Assembly (NCBI GenBank): GCA_002269645.1
Contig: NIVC01001062.1
Coordinates: forward strand, 1 to 64,000
Direction: 5' to 3'
Length of the DNA: 64,000 nucleotides
Source: Macrostomum lignano
Lineage: Eukaryota
The notes below the pieces were generated by a model. The model was not told the DNA's origin and did no database searches. It saw only the letters and a program-made list of their open reading frames with translations. Within the stretch, counting starts at the first letter, position 1; each line of letters begins with the position of its first letter. The translations under genes and the position numbers were made by a program. Shown in pieces: positions 9,280 to 21,323 of this stretch.

Positions 9280-12200
9280 GGGTAAATCTCAGATTGAAAT
9301 GTACGTAAGTTATAAACAAATTTTTTCTTACATCAGGAATTTCATTGTTAAATTAGAAGCAATTGTACATGAATTTAACTTTAGTTCATAAAAAACTGAT
9401 TAAAAAATATTTTTTTAAACTTTTAGTCAAAGTTTATGTTTTTTTGTGGCGATAGCGACCAAAAACGTATTTTTCTGACTTGTATCTTAAGTACGTTTTT
9501 TTGTTTCATAATGTTTTTTTGTGCACGTGTAATATATTTGTCTATGGGAAAATGACTGAAAATATTGGGGAAAACCTTCATCTGTGAGCTTGTGGATGTT
9601 TTACCGCTGTGTTTTCAATATTTATGAACTTATTTGGCCCTGTCTCGATTGCATGATATTTGTCTACTGTTAAAAAGTTCCTGTAAGGTGTAAGTTTTCT
9701 GATAAACAATGCCAACCATTATGATCTTCAGTGATTCATTCTTTCAGATACATTTTAAATATTGTTATTCCATTTTATCTGCGACTGTCAATGCACTGTT
9801 ACTTACTTATGCCTATTGATGTTACATTTAGACTTTTTTCATAAGCACAAAATTTCCTGTAAGGTGTAAGTTTACTCAGCTCATAAGCATGTAAATGTTC
9901 CCAAATCTTCTAATTATGTAGAAAAATACTAAACAAAGAGTAGTTTTTCATTGCATGTTCTTGTGATTTTACTAAAGAAGTATAGACTTTATTAAGTTCA
10001 TTATATTGGGTTTTAACCATTTATAGCCAAGTAGCATACTTAAGTAAGCAGTTTTGTTTATGTTTGTGTGAAAATCTGTGATGATTCACTTCTAATGATA
10101 TTCACTTTTGATCTTATGAGTATATCTTGAGCTCTAACGCTCAGTAATCCACAGAAAAATTCTAATTTATTCCTGCCAATCTATTTAGTATGTTCCTCTA
10201 ATATCACCATATTTGAATGCTGTTTTGGCTAGCATAAGCAAAGGACAATAGGTACGGCAGGAACCCTTAGAAATAGATCATATGCTTAGGTCAAAGTAAA
10301 AAGAATGCTGGTATTGTATATTTTAATTGTATTTAATGACCCCTTAGAAAGCCTTTTTAATTAAGAAGCATATCTAATGCTAGATCCGAAGGAGCAGCGT
10401 AATTCATTGTACGAGTATGTTAAGTTCATTACAAGTAACACTAGCATAGTCTATCTACTTCTATTTGTATTTATTTCTATATGTAGCAGTATATGTTTAC
10501 CTTGCAATCTGAATGCCATATATATTATTCTATTTAGTCATTTTCAATTAAACTCTGCTATCTCGGTGTTTACATGCAAAAATAGAAAGTGAGAGTCTAT
10601 ATGCCTTTTTGTAAATTTTGGCAATTTTTAATGTTGACATTCTTAAAATTACTACACTTATTTTCTTTAAATTGATACCAGATACCATGAAGATGATTAC
10701 AACTCATTCTCATATGGTTTCTGAGATACACAAATTGACTTCAAAATTCAGCTACTGCAGCACCTGCTCTTTGAGCTGAGCTGTAAATGTCATTCAACAT
10801 ACACAACCAATTTTGACAACTCGTTGCTTTCTCGTCGATAGCGTCGAGAAAGTTGTTGGGCAACGATGACTTGTTGCCAGCTTCCTGACTCTCATCGAGA
10901 TGATGCGGCACCCATCGAACAGTGACGTACTGCAGCCACAGGTCCTCTATGCATTTGAGAGTTTGGTGGATGGTGGATGAAGGAACTTTACTGAGTTCCG
11001 CCATTTCTTTGCATGTCCATCGCAGATCGATTTCCAGCAGACCACGGATGAGTTTGATGCTGCTCTCGGTCCGCACTTTCCGGGGTCTCCCAGATCTTGG
11101 CTCATTCAGAGTCGATCGAAGTGCAGCCACTCTTGAAGCGATCATACCTCTTGTACACATCGCGCTGGCAAAGTTCATCCTTGCTGTACGCGTCTACAAG
11201 CTGTAGGTGACTTGTGCAGCTGGCATTCCTCGCAGCCATTCAGATTTAATTTACCACCGCTGCTCTTCCTGCGGTTCATCTCCCATAACCGCGACGTCGA
11301 CCGAAGAGGGAAAGCAATGGTGATGACAATCGCGGTGGGGTTATAATAATACGAGCTAAGAAAGGAGAAAGGTGCAAATACGAGCTAGATAGCTCAAGTG
11401 CGCAGGAAACGACTGCTGCTGGTCGCAGGACAGCTGTGGTAACAGCTGCAGCCACTAGAGCGATGTCTGTGGTAGAAATGGATCGATTGCACGAACTTTT
11501 GAGACGCCCCTTGTAATTTTTTGTACCCAGCTGATACTTAAGGTTCTGGGTTTTCCCACGGGGATAGAGTAGTCAAGTGGTTACTTTACTTTATACTACT
11601 GATGGGAGGCACGTACAGGAGCCGCGAAAAGGGACAGGACAAAACATATATATATATATATATGTTTTAGTTCCCAGTTTTGCTTTAGTATTGCTTTGCC
11701 ATTTCCATTTTTCCTATAGTTTTCAGTGCCATATCTGCTTTGCATAGTATTTTCCAATCTGCAAGTTTTTCCGTTTTTCTTTTTTTGCCAGCATCATTTT
11801 GGCTCGTTTTTTACTGTTTTACATTTTCCCAGTGCCAGTAGCTGTACGCTTTTCATTGATTTTTTATGGTCTGCACTTCCTAAGTCCAGTGCAGTTCAAG
11901 TATCTGTTTCGGTCTGTTTTTGCTTGCGTATTTAAAAGTAGAAATTAAATGGGGAATATACAATAATTCTACAGACAATATATTTGATCGGTGATGGGAA
12001 CCTTAATCAAAAGTTCAAAAGGAAAATTTATAAGAATTTTCAAGTTCTAGCTTTTTAGAAACATACTAGAATGAGAGACTGAGAGAATACTTCGAGTTCT
12101 TTACTTCTTTGGCAAGAAATTAAAGGAAAGTATAGTTAATTTTGTGGTATGGTTTGGAATTTGATAATTGAAAAAGATGATTCAGTTGAAGTAAAGAGGC

Positions 12201-12838
12201 AAACGTGTAATTTGAAAAAACTCAATGCCTTTACCTAATTAAAATATGTTCTGAATGAACACTCTAGATACATATATCGATGTCAAATATTACAATTTCA
12301 ATTTGCAGGTTTCGATCACCATATTAAATTTCAGTAAAGATAAATAACCCAGTTGAAATCGTTTCTTTGTCATCAATAATAAATTCCGTCCGTTATCAGT
12401 CCGTCAACGGTATGTGTTTTCGATATATATTAAAAATGGTTTAAGTACCGTGCATTCCGTTTATATTATAAATCAGGCAGATTCATAGCACGTTAAATTA
12501 TGTAACTATAAACAGTTTCAATTTATAACAAAATGTTAATCAAAAACAAAAAAGATTTTAATGAATACTACTAACCAGTAAAAAGATAACTCTAACATAA
12601 CAAAAATTACAATTTTGTGAGTTAAATAAACAAACTGTTTGTCTTCGGTATTAATCGTTGTCAAAATACTCTTCGAAAAAACAAACAGCATACTTTCTTG
12701 AAATTCAGGGTTACTTGTGGTTTTAAGTAGAATAATTATTATATTATTCTTTTATCTTTAGATGTAAAGCATTTTTTTCCATGCCACTGAACTTTTATTT
12801 TTTGTCAATTTTTTTACTTCTGTGTTTGAGATTTACCC
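9280..12838. mobile_element. Non-autonomous TIR DNA transposon (3559 bp), Sola2-like ends
   Basis: Perfect 12-bp TIR GGGTAAATCTCA (9280-9291 and 12827-12838) and 4-bp TSD AGTG (9276-9279 and 12839-12842). The interior is AT-rich with no transposase of its own seen. The superfamily is inferred from the GRG termini plus 4-bp TSD. Confidence 0.8.
10741..11513 (-). mobile_element. Truncated mariner (5' TIR plus N-terminal HTH) nested in the TIR element
   Basis: TA (11514-15) followed by CAAGGGGCGTCTCAAAAGTTCG on the minus strand. The ORF contains PRSGRPRK...TVRWVPHHL. No 3' TIR was found. Confidence 0.85.
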
Positions 12839-13279
12839 AGTGAGCAGTCGAGTACACGAGTCTCCATGCTGACGAGAGAGGCGGACAAAGAATCTGGCCA
12901 GCTGCATCTCGTCAGTGGAACAGGCCAGACTTGAGCAGCAGAAGTCAACCAGTTGGAACAGGGCGCATCTAGCGGTGTCCCACAAGTCGAGACTGACAAT
13001 CAGGTGGATTGCCTCGCCGACCAAATCGTCGTCTCTCGATAGCAGAATGAGACCAAATGGCGACATCTTGAAGTGTTCGTCGTCGAACTCACCGCCCGGA
13101 AGTGCAGCGTCGCGGCGGTCGCTGTCGCAGCAGAACCGACAGTCGTTGTGCCGAAGGCGAAGCAACTCGACAGGTCGACGCTTCAAAGCGGCCAGAAACT
13201 GGTCGAAATTGCAGTCGCACAGCAGTTCCATGGTCTCAAAGTCCGCATCGGTGACCAGCTCATCCACTGTATCGTGCAT
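12839..13279 (-). pseudogene. 5' part (147 codons) of the disrupted TRP-like gene
   Basis: ATG at 13279. MHDTVDEL...SCTRLLT continues as VEMTDE at 9275 after removal of the insertion and one TSD copy. Confidence 0.65.
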
Positions 13280-14072
13280 GCTCAAAACTTGTGTAGTCTT
13301 CGTTAAGCTTTGCTTGATAGTGAACTTCGCTCCAGTTGCCAGAAAGTCAAACTGACAAAAAAGTTAGCAACTGCGGGCTAACCAAATACTGCTTTATAAC
13401 CGGATTGTGTATTGACTTGATTAGTCCAGAGTCCATATTACCTGATTCCTTTTTCTGTAGATACAGGTACTATATTGACTCTCAATCATCTGACTTAATC
13501 AACTTTATTTAGCTTTGTAACGGTCTAATCAGCTAATTAATTAGGATTTTGCAAGGGGCTCTTGGACTCTACCGATAAAATACCGGAATTTCATCATTTA
13601 TAGCGATCACTAGAGGCAATAAAAGCTAAGCTCATTAGTTCCTTTGTATTGGATTGGCAAACAACTAACACAATCGGATCGGAGGGCTGCATTATTGCAT
13701 TCAGTTGCTGGCTTTAGAGCGTTGGCAAACCTTTTTAGTGTCACAACCGCAAACATAGAAGACGATTTTTCGTACATCAAATCTGGTTTCTTTTTACATT
13801 GATCTTGTGTTTTGTTGGCCTTTTTGAAGACAGTGTGAATGATCCTTAAAGTGACGCGAGTCAGTCAACCCCCTACCCCTGAAAGTGACCCAGCTCGGCT
13901 GGCTGCTGGGTTAAGCGTGCAGGTGCACTCATGCTGCACAATCACAGACGGGCAGATCGCGACATGCGATTAGAATTATATTCCAGCATATCAACCAAAA
14001 ACTACCGCTGAGTTTTTCTAGGCAATTTGAAATGATGCTTACACCTTTTCTTCTTGCTTTCTAAAGATTTTG

Positions 14073-14170
14073 TAGACAGGGGGGAATGGCTTTGCGCACT
14101 TTAGGCGACTTGGTAACACAACCGGCGAGAGACAATACTGCCCATTCCGCAGACTCCCATGAGCCAGCAA
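14073..14170 (-). mobile_element. Diverged 3' fragment of the SINE family at 2559-2915
   Basis: Shares AGACAGGGGGG...GCGCACTTTAGGCGAC...CACAACCGGCGAGAGACAATACTGCCC. Confidence 0.6.
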
Positions 14171-14899
14171 ATACTTTACACATACATGGAAGTGACACTC
14201 CCCAATGCTAGCAGTCTAACAAACGCAGAGTGACTCCTAAGAGCCAGCATGCAATTCCTTCACTAGCCTAGACCACAGATATGAATACTAGAATAACTAT
14301 CAGTATCTGATGGGCCATTCAGCACATTTGCGTGCAAGCTACTTTCAGTTCAGTAGTAAGTTAAACAGAAGCATTTTAATGTATTTTTAAAGCCAAGGCT
14401 CATTTATTGGCTCTTACTGCACCCCAGCTTAAAACCTCCAACCGCGCCTTTCCACACTACCTCCCCCCACCCACTCCAATTTTTATTGCCTTTCTCGTAA
14501 TTCCAGCCTAAAGATGTCATGTACGTTTCAGTGGACTTGCTAATGGGTGGGGGCACGAGTGTGCTAAATTCAGCAACGCCTAGATCACGAGTGCGGCATA
14601 GCGGTGCGCATGGTGTTGCTGAATTCAACCAAGGAATTCTAAATCCAGCAACTGGAATGACAACTAAAATATCAGCTATACAAGATGAGGCCAAGATTAG
14701 AGATCGCAAGCGTACGACGTAAACACATAGAGTATTCAAAATAAGGATCGTATTTCAAAGTATATTTCCGAAACAATAACAAAAGCAGAGGAATAAAACG
14801 CGACATAAGAAGACGTTGAAATTATATCAATTTCTAGATGTACAAGTAACACATGAAGTAGGCACAGGAGTATGTCAAGCAAGCAAAGCAAGAATAGAA

Positions 14900-16290
14900 G
14901 GCCTATAAACTGTTTTGAGAAAATGTAACAAAGAGCAAACAAAAAGAAACGAAAACTGTAAGCCCAATTCAGAAATGACTGGCAAGCAAAGAAAGAATAC
15001 AGCAATAAAACCAAATGAATCTCACTTTTGCCAGGCTAGTTACGCCAGTCAGGCTATACGCAAAATTGCTAGTGGGCACCACGCATCAAAATCAATGCTT
15101 CCCACCTGTGAGTTGTTGCAGTTTCGTCAATTTCCTCTTCAATGTTTTGTTTGTCTCAACTTGATTGATCTGCTTTGTTGGCATCTTGGACATGCAATTG
15201 AAAAACCTGTTGATGATCTTGCGGTCCAGATCATGGCCAGCGGTGCAGTGTGTTCTACCAAATAGAAAGTCACCATGATCTGTCAGCACGAGGTCCATCA
15301 CGAGATAAAATGTCTCCCAACTGAAACAGATATGCTCCTGCGGCCAGAAGAGACCACCTCGATCGATTTCACGACGAAAGTCCGACGATTCTTTCATTTG
15401 AGACGTCTCTTCAAATTCAAAGTCCACAATCGGATTTTCGCACACCAGAGTCTGTTTGCATGATTCACACTTTTTCGTCCTAACTAATGAACGCGCGCAA
15501 AAACCACAAACATAGTAAACTACGGCCATATCAGTTTTGTCCGGTAGACAGTTAAGACAAGCTTCTTCACGAATCTCAGCCGCCAGTTTGCGTGCCTTGT
15601 TATTATCCGGACAGGTCCTTTTCAGAAGCGCTTTGTCCAGATCGCGAACTGTCAGACCTGAATATCTGAGAAGCGATATAGCTTTAATCTTCTTGTCTCT
15701 CTCGGTAAGTTGCCGCATCGAAATATGAATTGGCTCCACTGAGTTGACGAATCCATCCGAACCGCGCTTCGATGTCGTCAGAAGGGTGTGCGACTTGGAA
15801 GCAGCTGGACATTCCATGGCCGACATCATGGAGATAACTGGCCAGAAGTGCGAAAAGACCGTTCGCCGATATCTCTCAATCAGACGTGACAAGGTGCTAA
15901 AGAAGTGCAGCGACGCCGTAAGCAAGGTACTGGACATGAAGAAAAACACTACACCAGATTCAAATGGTCATGTTATTACGAGCGCGTGCTTATCAGCCAG
16001 TACAACAGATAGCCCAGCAGTCAACAAAAACAGGTGGTGGTCACTCGGTCGATCGAGTGTCGCTAGCAGCGCTTCAACGCCACGCAAGGAGCTGGGTGCT
16101 GCCGTAAGGCGTTTCCGCAACAAAGACTCGCCGCCTGCCAGGCCGAAGCCTCGAGCATTGACACAATTAAGATCCTGTCAGACGCTCCGCCACGTCAGCA
16201 ATCGTAGTGAGATCCGGGCAGACAAAAATCGTCTTCGCCTTCTGCGGTGCAGAGATAAGGCCGGTGACGAGGCCTTCGGACGAAAACTGC
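14900..16290 (-). mobile_element. P-element-superfamily (THAP9-like) transposase relic, frameshifted
   Basis: SDDIEARFGWIRQLSGAN at ~15730-15790 in an alternative frame, then VVYYVCGFCARSL...CESC...EIDRGGLFWP in ORF 15092..15949. Boundaries are approximate. Confidence 0.7.
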
Positions 16291-16329
16291 CCATGCAGAT
16301 CAACTGAGAACTTTTCACGCAAGGAGACT

Positions 16330-16824
16330 CGAAAACGCCTTGCGACTGACGGAGCTCTGCTGGCTGGCCGCTCAGCTTGGCATCGCCGTGCTGGCAATAC
16401 TAGAACACTGTTGCGCCAACGAGGAAGTGCGGAACCTGGACTCGTATGGCGTTCAAGGCCGCCCCTGCCAGCCCATAGGGAGTTGGAGGATCGCCTTCCT
16501 CCTCTCTCCTGCCGCTGGATCTGCCCTTCTAGATCTGGAGTTTGTCAGCGATCAGGTCGATAGCGCTACCTTCGCACTCACTGACCGTCGCCTGCACTTC
16601 ATCTGCGCTTAGGTTCATACGGAGCCTCAGACAGCAGCAGAACAAGGGAACAAGGAGGCTACGACGGCTTTCTATCACTCGATACGACGTCTGCTTGACT
16701 CAATACCAACGCGGGACTTCATCTTTGCAGGCGAATTCAATGCACCGTTGTACCGGATGGAGCCCTCGTCAAAAGCCAACCTGCATCCCCTCTGACCATA
16801 GTTCGCTTCCTTGCACACATTTAA
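16330..16824 (+). mobile_element. Non-LTR retrotransposon APE-type endonuclease relic, left part
   Basis: RLTELCWLAAQLGIAVLAILEH...IAFLLS...LHFICA*...FYHSIRRLLDSIPTRDFIFAGEFNA (GDFNA-like). Confidence 0.7.
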
Positions 16825-19800
16825 CCACTTGTCTACGACAGAATTCCTTCCCCACATCTCTATCTCACCAGTTGGCAAGCAATGCATGCCACAGACAATT
16901 TTTATTCTGCGCTGTACACTTCGAATTCCAAATCAGTTGCTCTATGATGCACAGGCAAAAAAACACTTTCTCAACAGGAAAAGTGACATCTCTGACTGGA
17001 GAATTGTCTATGGCCAAGCTAGAAAAATTCAAGAGAGAAAATACAGGCATGAAAAGTTAACTGAAAGAATTTTTACTTGTTCCTCCTTAGCTCACCACCC
17101 CAGCTTACCAAATCTTACAATGCAAGCGGTCAGACAGCGACGACAAGCAGCCAAGCAAGCCTTGCGAAATTTGGGCCTAGACAGCGAATCGAGCGAAGAG
17201 TCAAGGGATGAATAATTCGTCACTGCCGAGAGCGAGGGAGAGGACGGTGGCGAACATCAAGCAGGCACCGATGGACTGGAAGAAGACGATCAGGGAATGA
17301 TGCACGATGATTGGAGATCAGTAACTCCAGAGACCGATGCTCGAGCTAATTCTCTTTCCGAGTTCCTCGGGGCAAGCGGAGTCAATCCGGGGATTCTCTA
17401 TATACCTGCTGATGTTGACGACGGCTGGACAGTTATTTTCGAGCAGTTCCTACCCGATGACTTTTCTGCTTCAGATGTGCATGTGGACAAACAAGAGAGC
17501 GCAGCTGGATATTGCCAAGTTTGAAGAAGAACACGGAGATGATGAACTGCCTTACGGTCTCAGAACGTGGAAGCCCTGCACTGTTTCTGAGACGAAGGTG
17601 ATCGGCGTTATAATTGTATACTGGCGTTGTACAGAAACCGGAGCTGACGGCTTACTGGTCCACGGACCCGTTCTACTTCCATCCCTACTTTCAAAGCATG
17701 CAGATGCTCCCCCGCTCACGGTTTCAACAAATCATGACATGGCTGCGTTGCTATGACTGTCTTGACTTCGACGCTGATGATCCCTTGTGCAAGATCAGGC
17801 CGTTCCTAGACATTATCCGGACAGTTTGCAAGAACAGCTACCTGCCCGGTCAAAGCATTGCCGTTGATGAAGCGCTGCTGCTCTACAAGTGGAGGCTGCT
17901 TTTTAAGCAGTACATGCCCAACAAGAGAGCCAAGTTTGGCATCAAGTTGTACTGCCTTACAGAGTCTTCTACAGGCCACATGTGGAACTGTCTGATTCAT
18001 TCTACCACCATTGCGAATGAACAGTTCGGCAACGATTTGCCGCAGCTCTCAATCAGTGAGAGAGTCGTCGTAGAATTTTGTCGCGACATTCTGGACCTTG
18101 GATATCGTGTCTTTTGCGACAGTTGGTTTTCATCAGTGCGACTGGCCAAGTTCCTACTGACCAGAGGAACAACCTTAACTGGGACCGTTCGCAAAGACCG
18201 AGGCGTTCCACCGATTCTGCGAGATATGCTCTTGCAACTACCGTGTGACGTTGTCAGTTGAGGTGGCCCTGACAAGGGCCGTTTTAGCATGCAGTGCCAT
18301 ATAATGTCTGTTTTCAAGTTGGTTTTTACGCCGGCCAATAGGAAAGCCGCGCATACTTTATGCTAAGTCCGGATTAAGCTGTTGTTGTGTGCCCACCCCC
18401 AGCCCGCTCGTTATAAGTCCTGTCTCGCTGGGGCGCCCGGGGTTAGCTTGTTTCTTGGTTCTTGTTTACCGACCGGCGCTCTCTCTCTCTCCCCGCCTCG
18501 GCCAAGTTCACCCCGCCAAATTCAAGCCACGCCACTGCCCCGAGTGGGGATCACGCCACACTTCTACCGCCGCCACTTCGCGCTACTTTTCCATAGCTCT
18601 ACACCATTGCCATCATTCCTTCGCCACTTCATCGCCGTAGCCTATTAGCTATCCATCACCATTACTGTTGCCTGCCGCAGTGCCCAAAGTATCATAGTTC
18701 AGATTCAGCGCCAAATCATGCCCAGTCCCACTCTTATATTGCCGACTGGGATCTATAGCGAGCGGGCCTATCTAACCACAATAAATAATCGATAACATAA
18801 CAACTAAGTCTGAGTGCTACCGCTACACAAATCGCCTCCGTTATTCGTCTTCGTCATTTGACCGTGTCGTCTTTAATCGTCACAACCGAGTCATTCCTTT
18901 GCCCGACATGGCGACATCCTCGCTGTGAAGCTGGTTGACAGGCGAAGCTCAGGAACAAAGACTGTCTATCTGTTGGACTCCGCTTCAACAGCTGCTAGCT
19001 CTCTGGTAAGCCGGGTACTGGGCGGTGGTGTGGAGCAGCAGCTACTGAAGCCCAACTCGGTGTTGCAATATAATCAGAACATGGGAGGTGTGGATCGGAT
19101 AGATGCCGCAGCCCAGCCTTACAGCGCATGTCGGCGAACGCACAAATGGTTCGTAAAGCTGGCGGTGTTTCTGCTACAGCAACTGGTTCGCAAGTCCTGG
19201 ATTGTGTACCGACATCTAGGTGGATCCATGAGCTTTCTTAGCTACACGAAAGGCGTGTAAAGCACTTGATTAAAAGCAGCGGAAATGGTCGATCCAGAGT
19301 TAAGCGTCAGGCTCTTCCCCGTCAGCCAGGCGAAATCCATCACCGGAGTTAAGCGTCAGGCTCTTCCCCGTCAGCCAGGCGAAATCCATCACCGGCTGGA
19401 AAAGAACGGCCTACCAACTACCAAGCGTTGCCGAGTTTGTTATCAGCGCAGACTGAAAAAGCGGACCGTCTACTTCTGCCAAGGCTGTGACGGTCGGCCT
19501 GGGCTTTGCTTGGAGCCGTGCTTCTTTGAGTGGCACTCGGCTAAATGATTGCTGGCGTTTTGCCGAAACTATTTACATGTAATCGAACCGTTGCTAATAT
19601 TCTTTTCATTCACTTACATTCAGCTTCATTTTCCCCTAGGTTCTTAAGATTTACTCTTGTACATGCAATGTTATGTCGTTTCTATTTGTTTCGTTCCATT
19701 GCGTTCCATGCAATGCAGTATGACAATACAAGAAGTTTTTTGGCCATGGCATGCATAGCATTCCATCGGGTTCAGTAAGACAATGATTCTGTCTAAGCTC

Positions 19801-19885
19801 GCTTTCTCATGGACTTCAAATCTGTCTATGGGCAATCGACAGAATGAACGATGGCATGCATAGCATGCCACTGGTAATCATAAGG
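16825..19885 (+). mobile_element. Near full-length but frameshifted piggyBac (PGBD4-like) with TTAA TSD
   Basis: TTAA at 16821-24 and 19886-89. Subterminal inverted repeat ACCAGTTGGCAAGCAATGCATGCCA (16867-16891) matches the right end. DDD motifs IAVDEALL, FCDSWF and MGGVDRID are present, as is the Cys-rich tail CRVC...CQGC...LCLEPCFFEWH. A 49-bp tandem duplication lies at ~19297-19394. Confidence 0.88.
18244..18884 (+). mobile_element. Solo LTR (641 bp) inserted in the piggyBac ORF
   Basis: Termini TGTGACG...CGTCACA, TSD ACCG (18240-43 and 18885-88), AATAAA at ~18780. Removal restores LQLP-SHSFARHGDILAVKLVD in frame. Confidence 0.9.
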
Positions 19886-19889
19886 TTAA

Positions 19890-20290
19890 GAAACAACCTG
19901 CGACCATCACAACCCTGATACGAGAACCAAGTTTGCCAGGCAAAAATTCAGCGGACTTTGCTAAGTCGCCTCCTCTGTCGAGACTGCCGCTGAAGTTCTC
20001 ATCTTTCCAAAGCGGTCTGGGACGCCGACCCGCACATTGACAAGGCCAAATGTGGCTTTCAAAGCGCCACCGCTAGATGGGTTCCAAACAGTAAAGCTGC
20101 CGCTTGCGCCAGGTAAATTCTACAAAATACCTATGCTGAACGCACCAACATGCATGCGGAAGAAGCCGTCAAGATCAGCTTTGCGACTGAAGCGTCGCGA
20201 CACAGCTGCCTGGCGTGCCATCAACAACTTGACAGGAAAGAAGGCGAGGCTGAAAACTGCTGACGGGGCCTGTTGAACAAGCTGGTGGAA
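19890..20290 (+). mobile_element. Right part of the LINE relic split by the piggyBac
   Basis: Joining across TTAA gives ...THLRNNLRP. Downstream TAAWRAINNLTGKKARLK resembles a LINE EN-RT linker. The sequence is degenerate. Confidence 0.5.
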
Positions 20291-20594
20291 CATTAAAGCC
20301 GTTGTTAACGGGCCGTCACCAGCGGCTCAGATCTTTGGACCTCAAACCCGACGAACGAGAGCGACTTCGATGTTGGACCCATCACTTGAGTAAAGTTCGC
20401 TAAGCCCTTGACAGGATGAAGCCGGATGCTGCCGCGGGCTTTGATGGCACCCCTCCAAAGGTGCTCAAACTGCCTGAACTGACGGGCATCGTCACGGCTC
20501 TTCTTAAACATGACAAAGCGAGCATAGAGTAACATCTACTTAACATGACATGCTCACAACTCTACTTCTAATTGCTTTCTAGACGCATATTTCT

Positions 20595-20773
20595 TAGAGA
20601 CAGGGGGTTGTGTGCACCCTGTCACACATCCGGCGAGAGACATTACTACCCATTCTGCTGACACCTGAGCAGGCACACAAGCGAACGGATACGTACACAG
20701 TCATACGCACAGGAATGTACAGCGGCTCTAACTTTATTTATCGTTAGGCATGTACACTTCATTGTGCCTTGGG
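20595..20773 (-). mobile_element. 5'-truncated copy of the SINE family
   Basis: Clear match to ~2564-2770, e.g. GGGGGTTGTGTGCACCCT...CCTGAGCAGGCA...GTACAGCGGCTCTAACTTTATTTATCGTTAGGCATGTACACTTCA. Confidence 0.8.
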
Positions 20774-21323
20774 ACGAATGAGGGCGTCAACAGATGCCTA
20801 AAATTCACCTGAAACATCAAAGGAAACGAACGACAGTTAACGAAAATCGGTACTCAGTTTTATGCATCAGATTAAAACGACTGCGCATAGTTTTCTTGGG
20901 AAACTATTGATTTACTGCGTATTAATTATGTATTTATAATAGTGTTGAGTAACTAGTATAATTCATCGGGGATATCAGTACTAATTATTAGCGAGTTTAA
21001 CACACAAACTACTACGAGTATAGTACTAATTATTAATTAGAGGCCAGAGATTTTAATTATTAAAAAAAGAAACTCACAAACATGAGACACTAACTTTAGT
21101 AGCTATTACAGAGCGCGACAATAATTTTCAAAAAAAAGCAGCATAAATTAATTTTGGAACAAAACACACGGGGTTTTTTTACAACGACAAACTCGCACAA
21201 GACAGTGGCTCCGATAAAACCTAATGTTGCAGAAATGAGACACGAACAGAAAAAACTGAGTTCTGTAAATTCGCTAAACCCACACAAACTTGACTCAGTA
21301 GTCCAGTATCTTAACTAGTTTAG

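Noticed and set aside
9271-12837. The 3.56-kb insert as an ordinary in-frame intron
   Set aside because: The donor at 12836 is phase 2. AG sites at 9272, 9288 and 9327 are out of phase, and the in-phase AG at 9379 is followed by a TGA at 9335. TIR plus TSD explain the structure better.
14726-16946. CATAGAG...CTCTATG as the TIR pair of the P-like element
   Set aside because: Only 7 bp match, there is no 8-bp TSD, and the right-hand word lies inside the piggyBac. The other CATAGAGTA at ~20524 is in the same orientation.
20305-20535. 76-aa minus-strand ORF as a continuation of the P-like transposase
   Set aside because: No recognisable motif, so it cannot be assigned.
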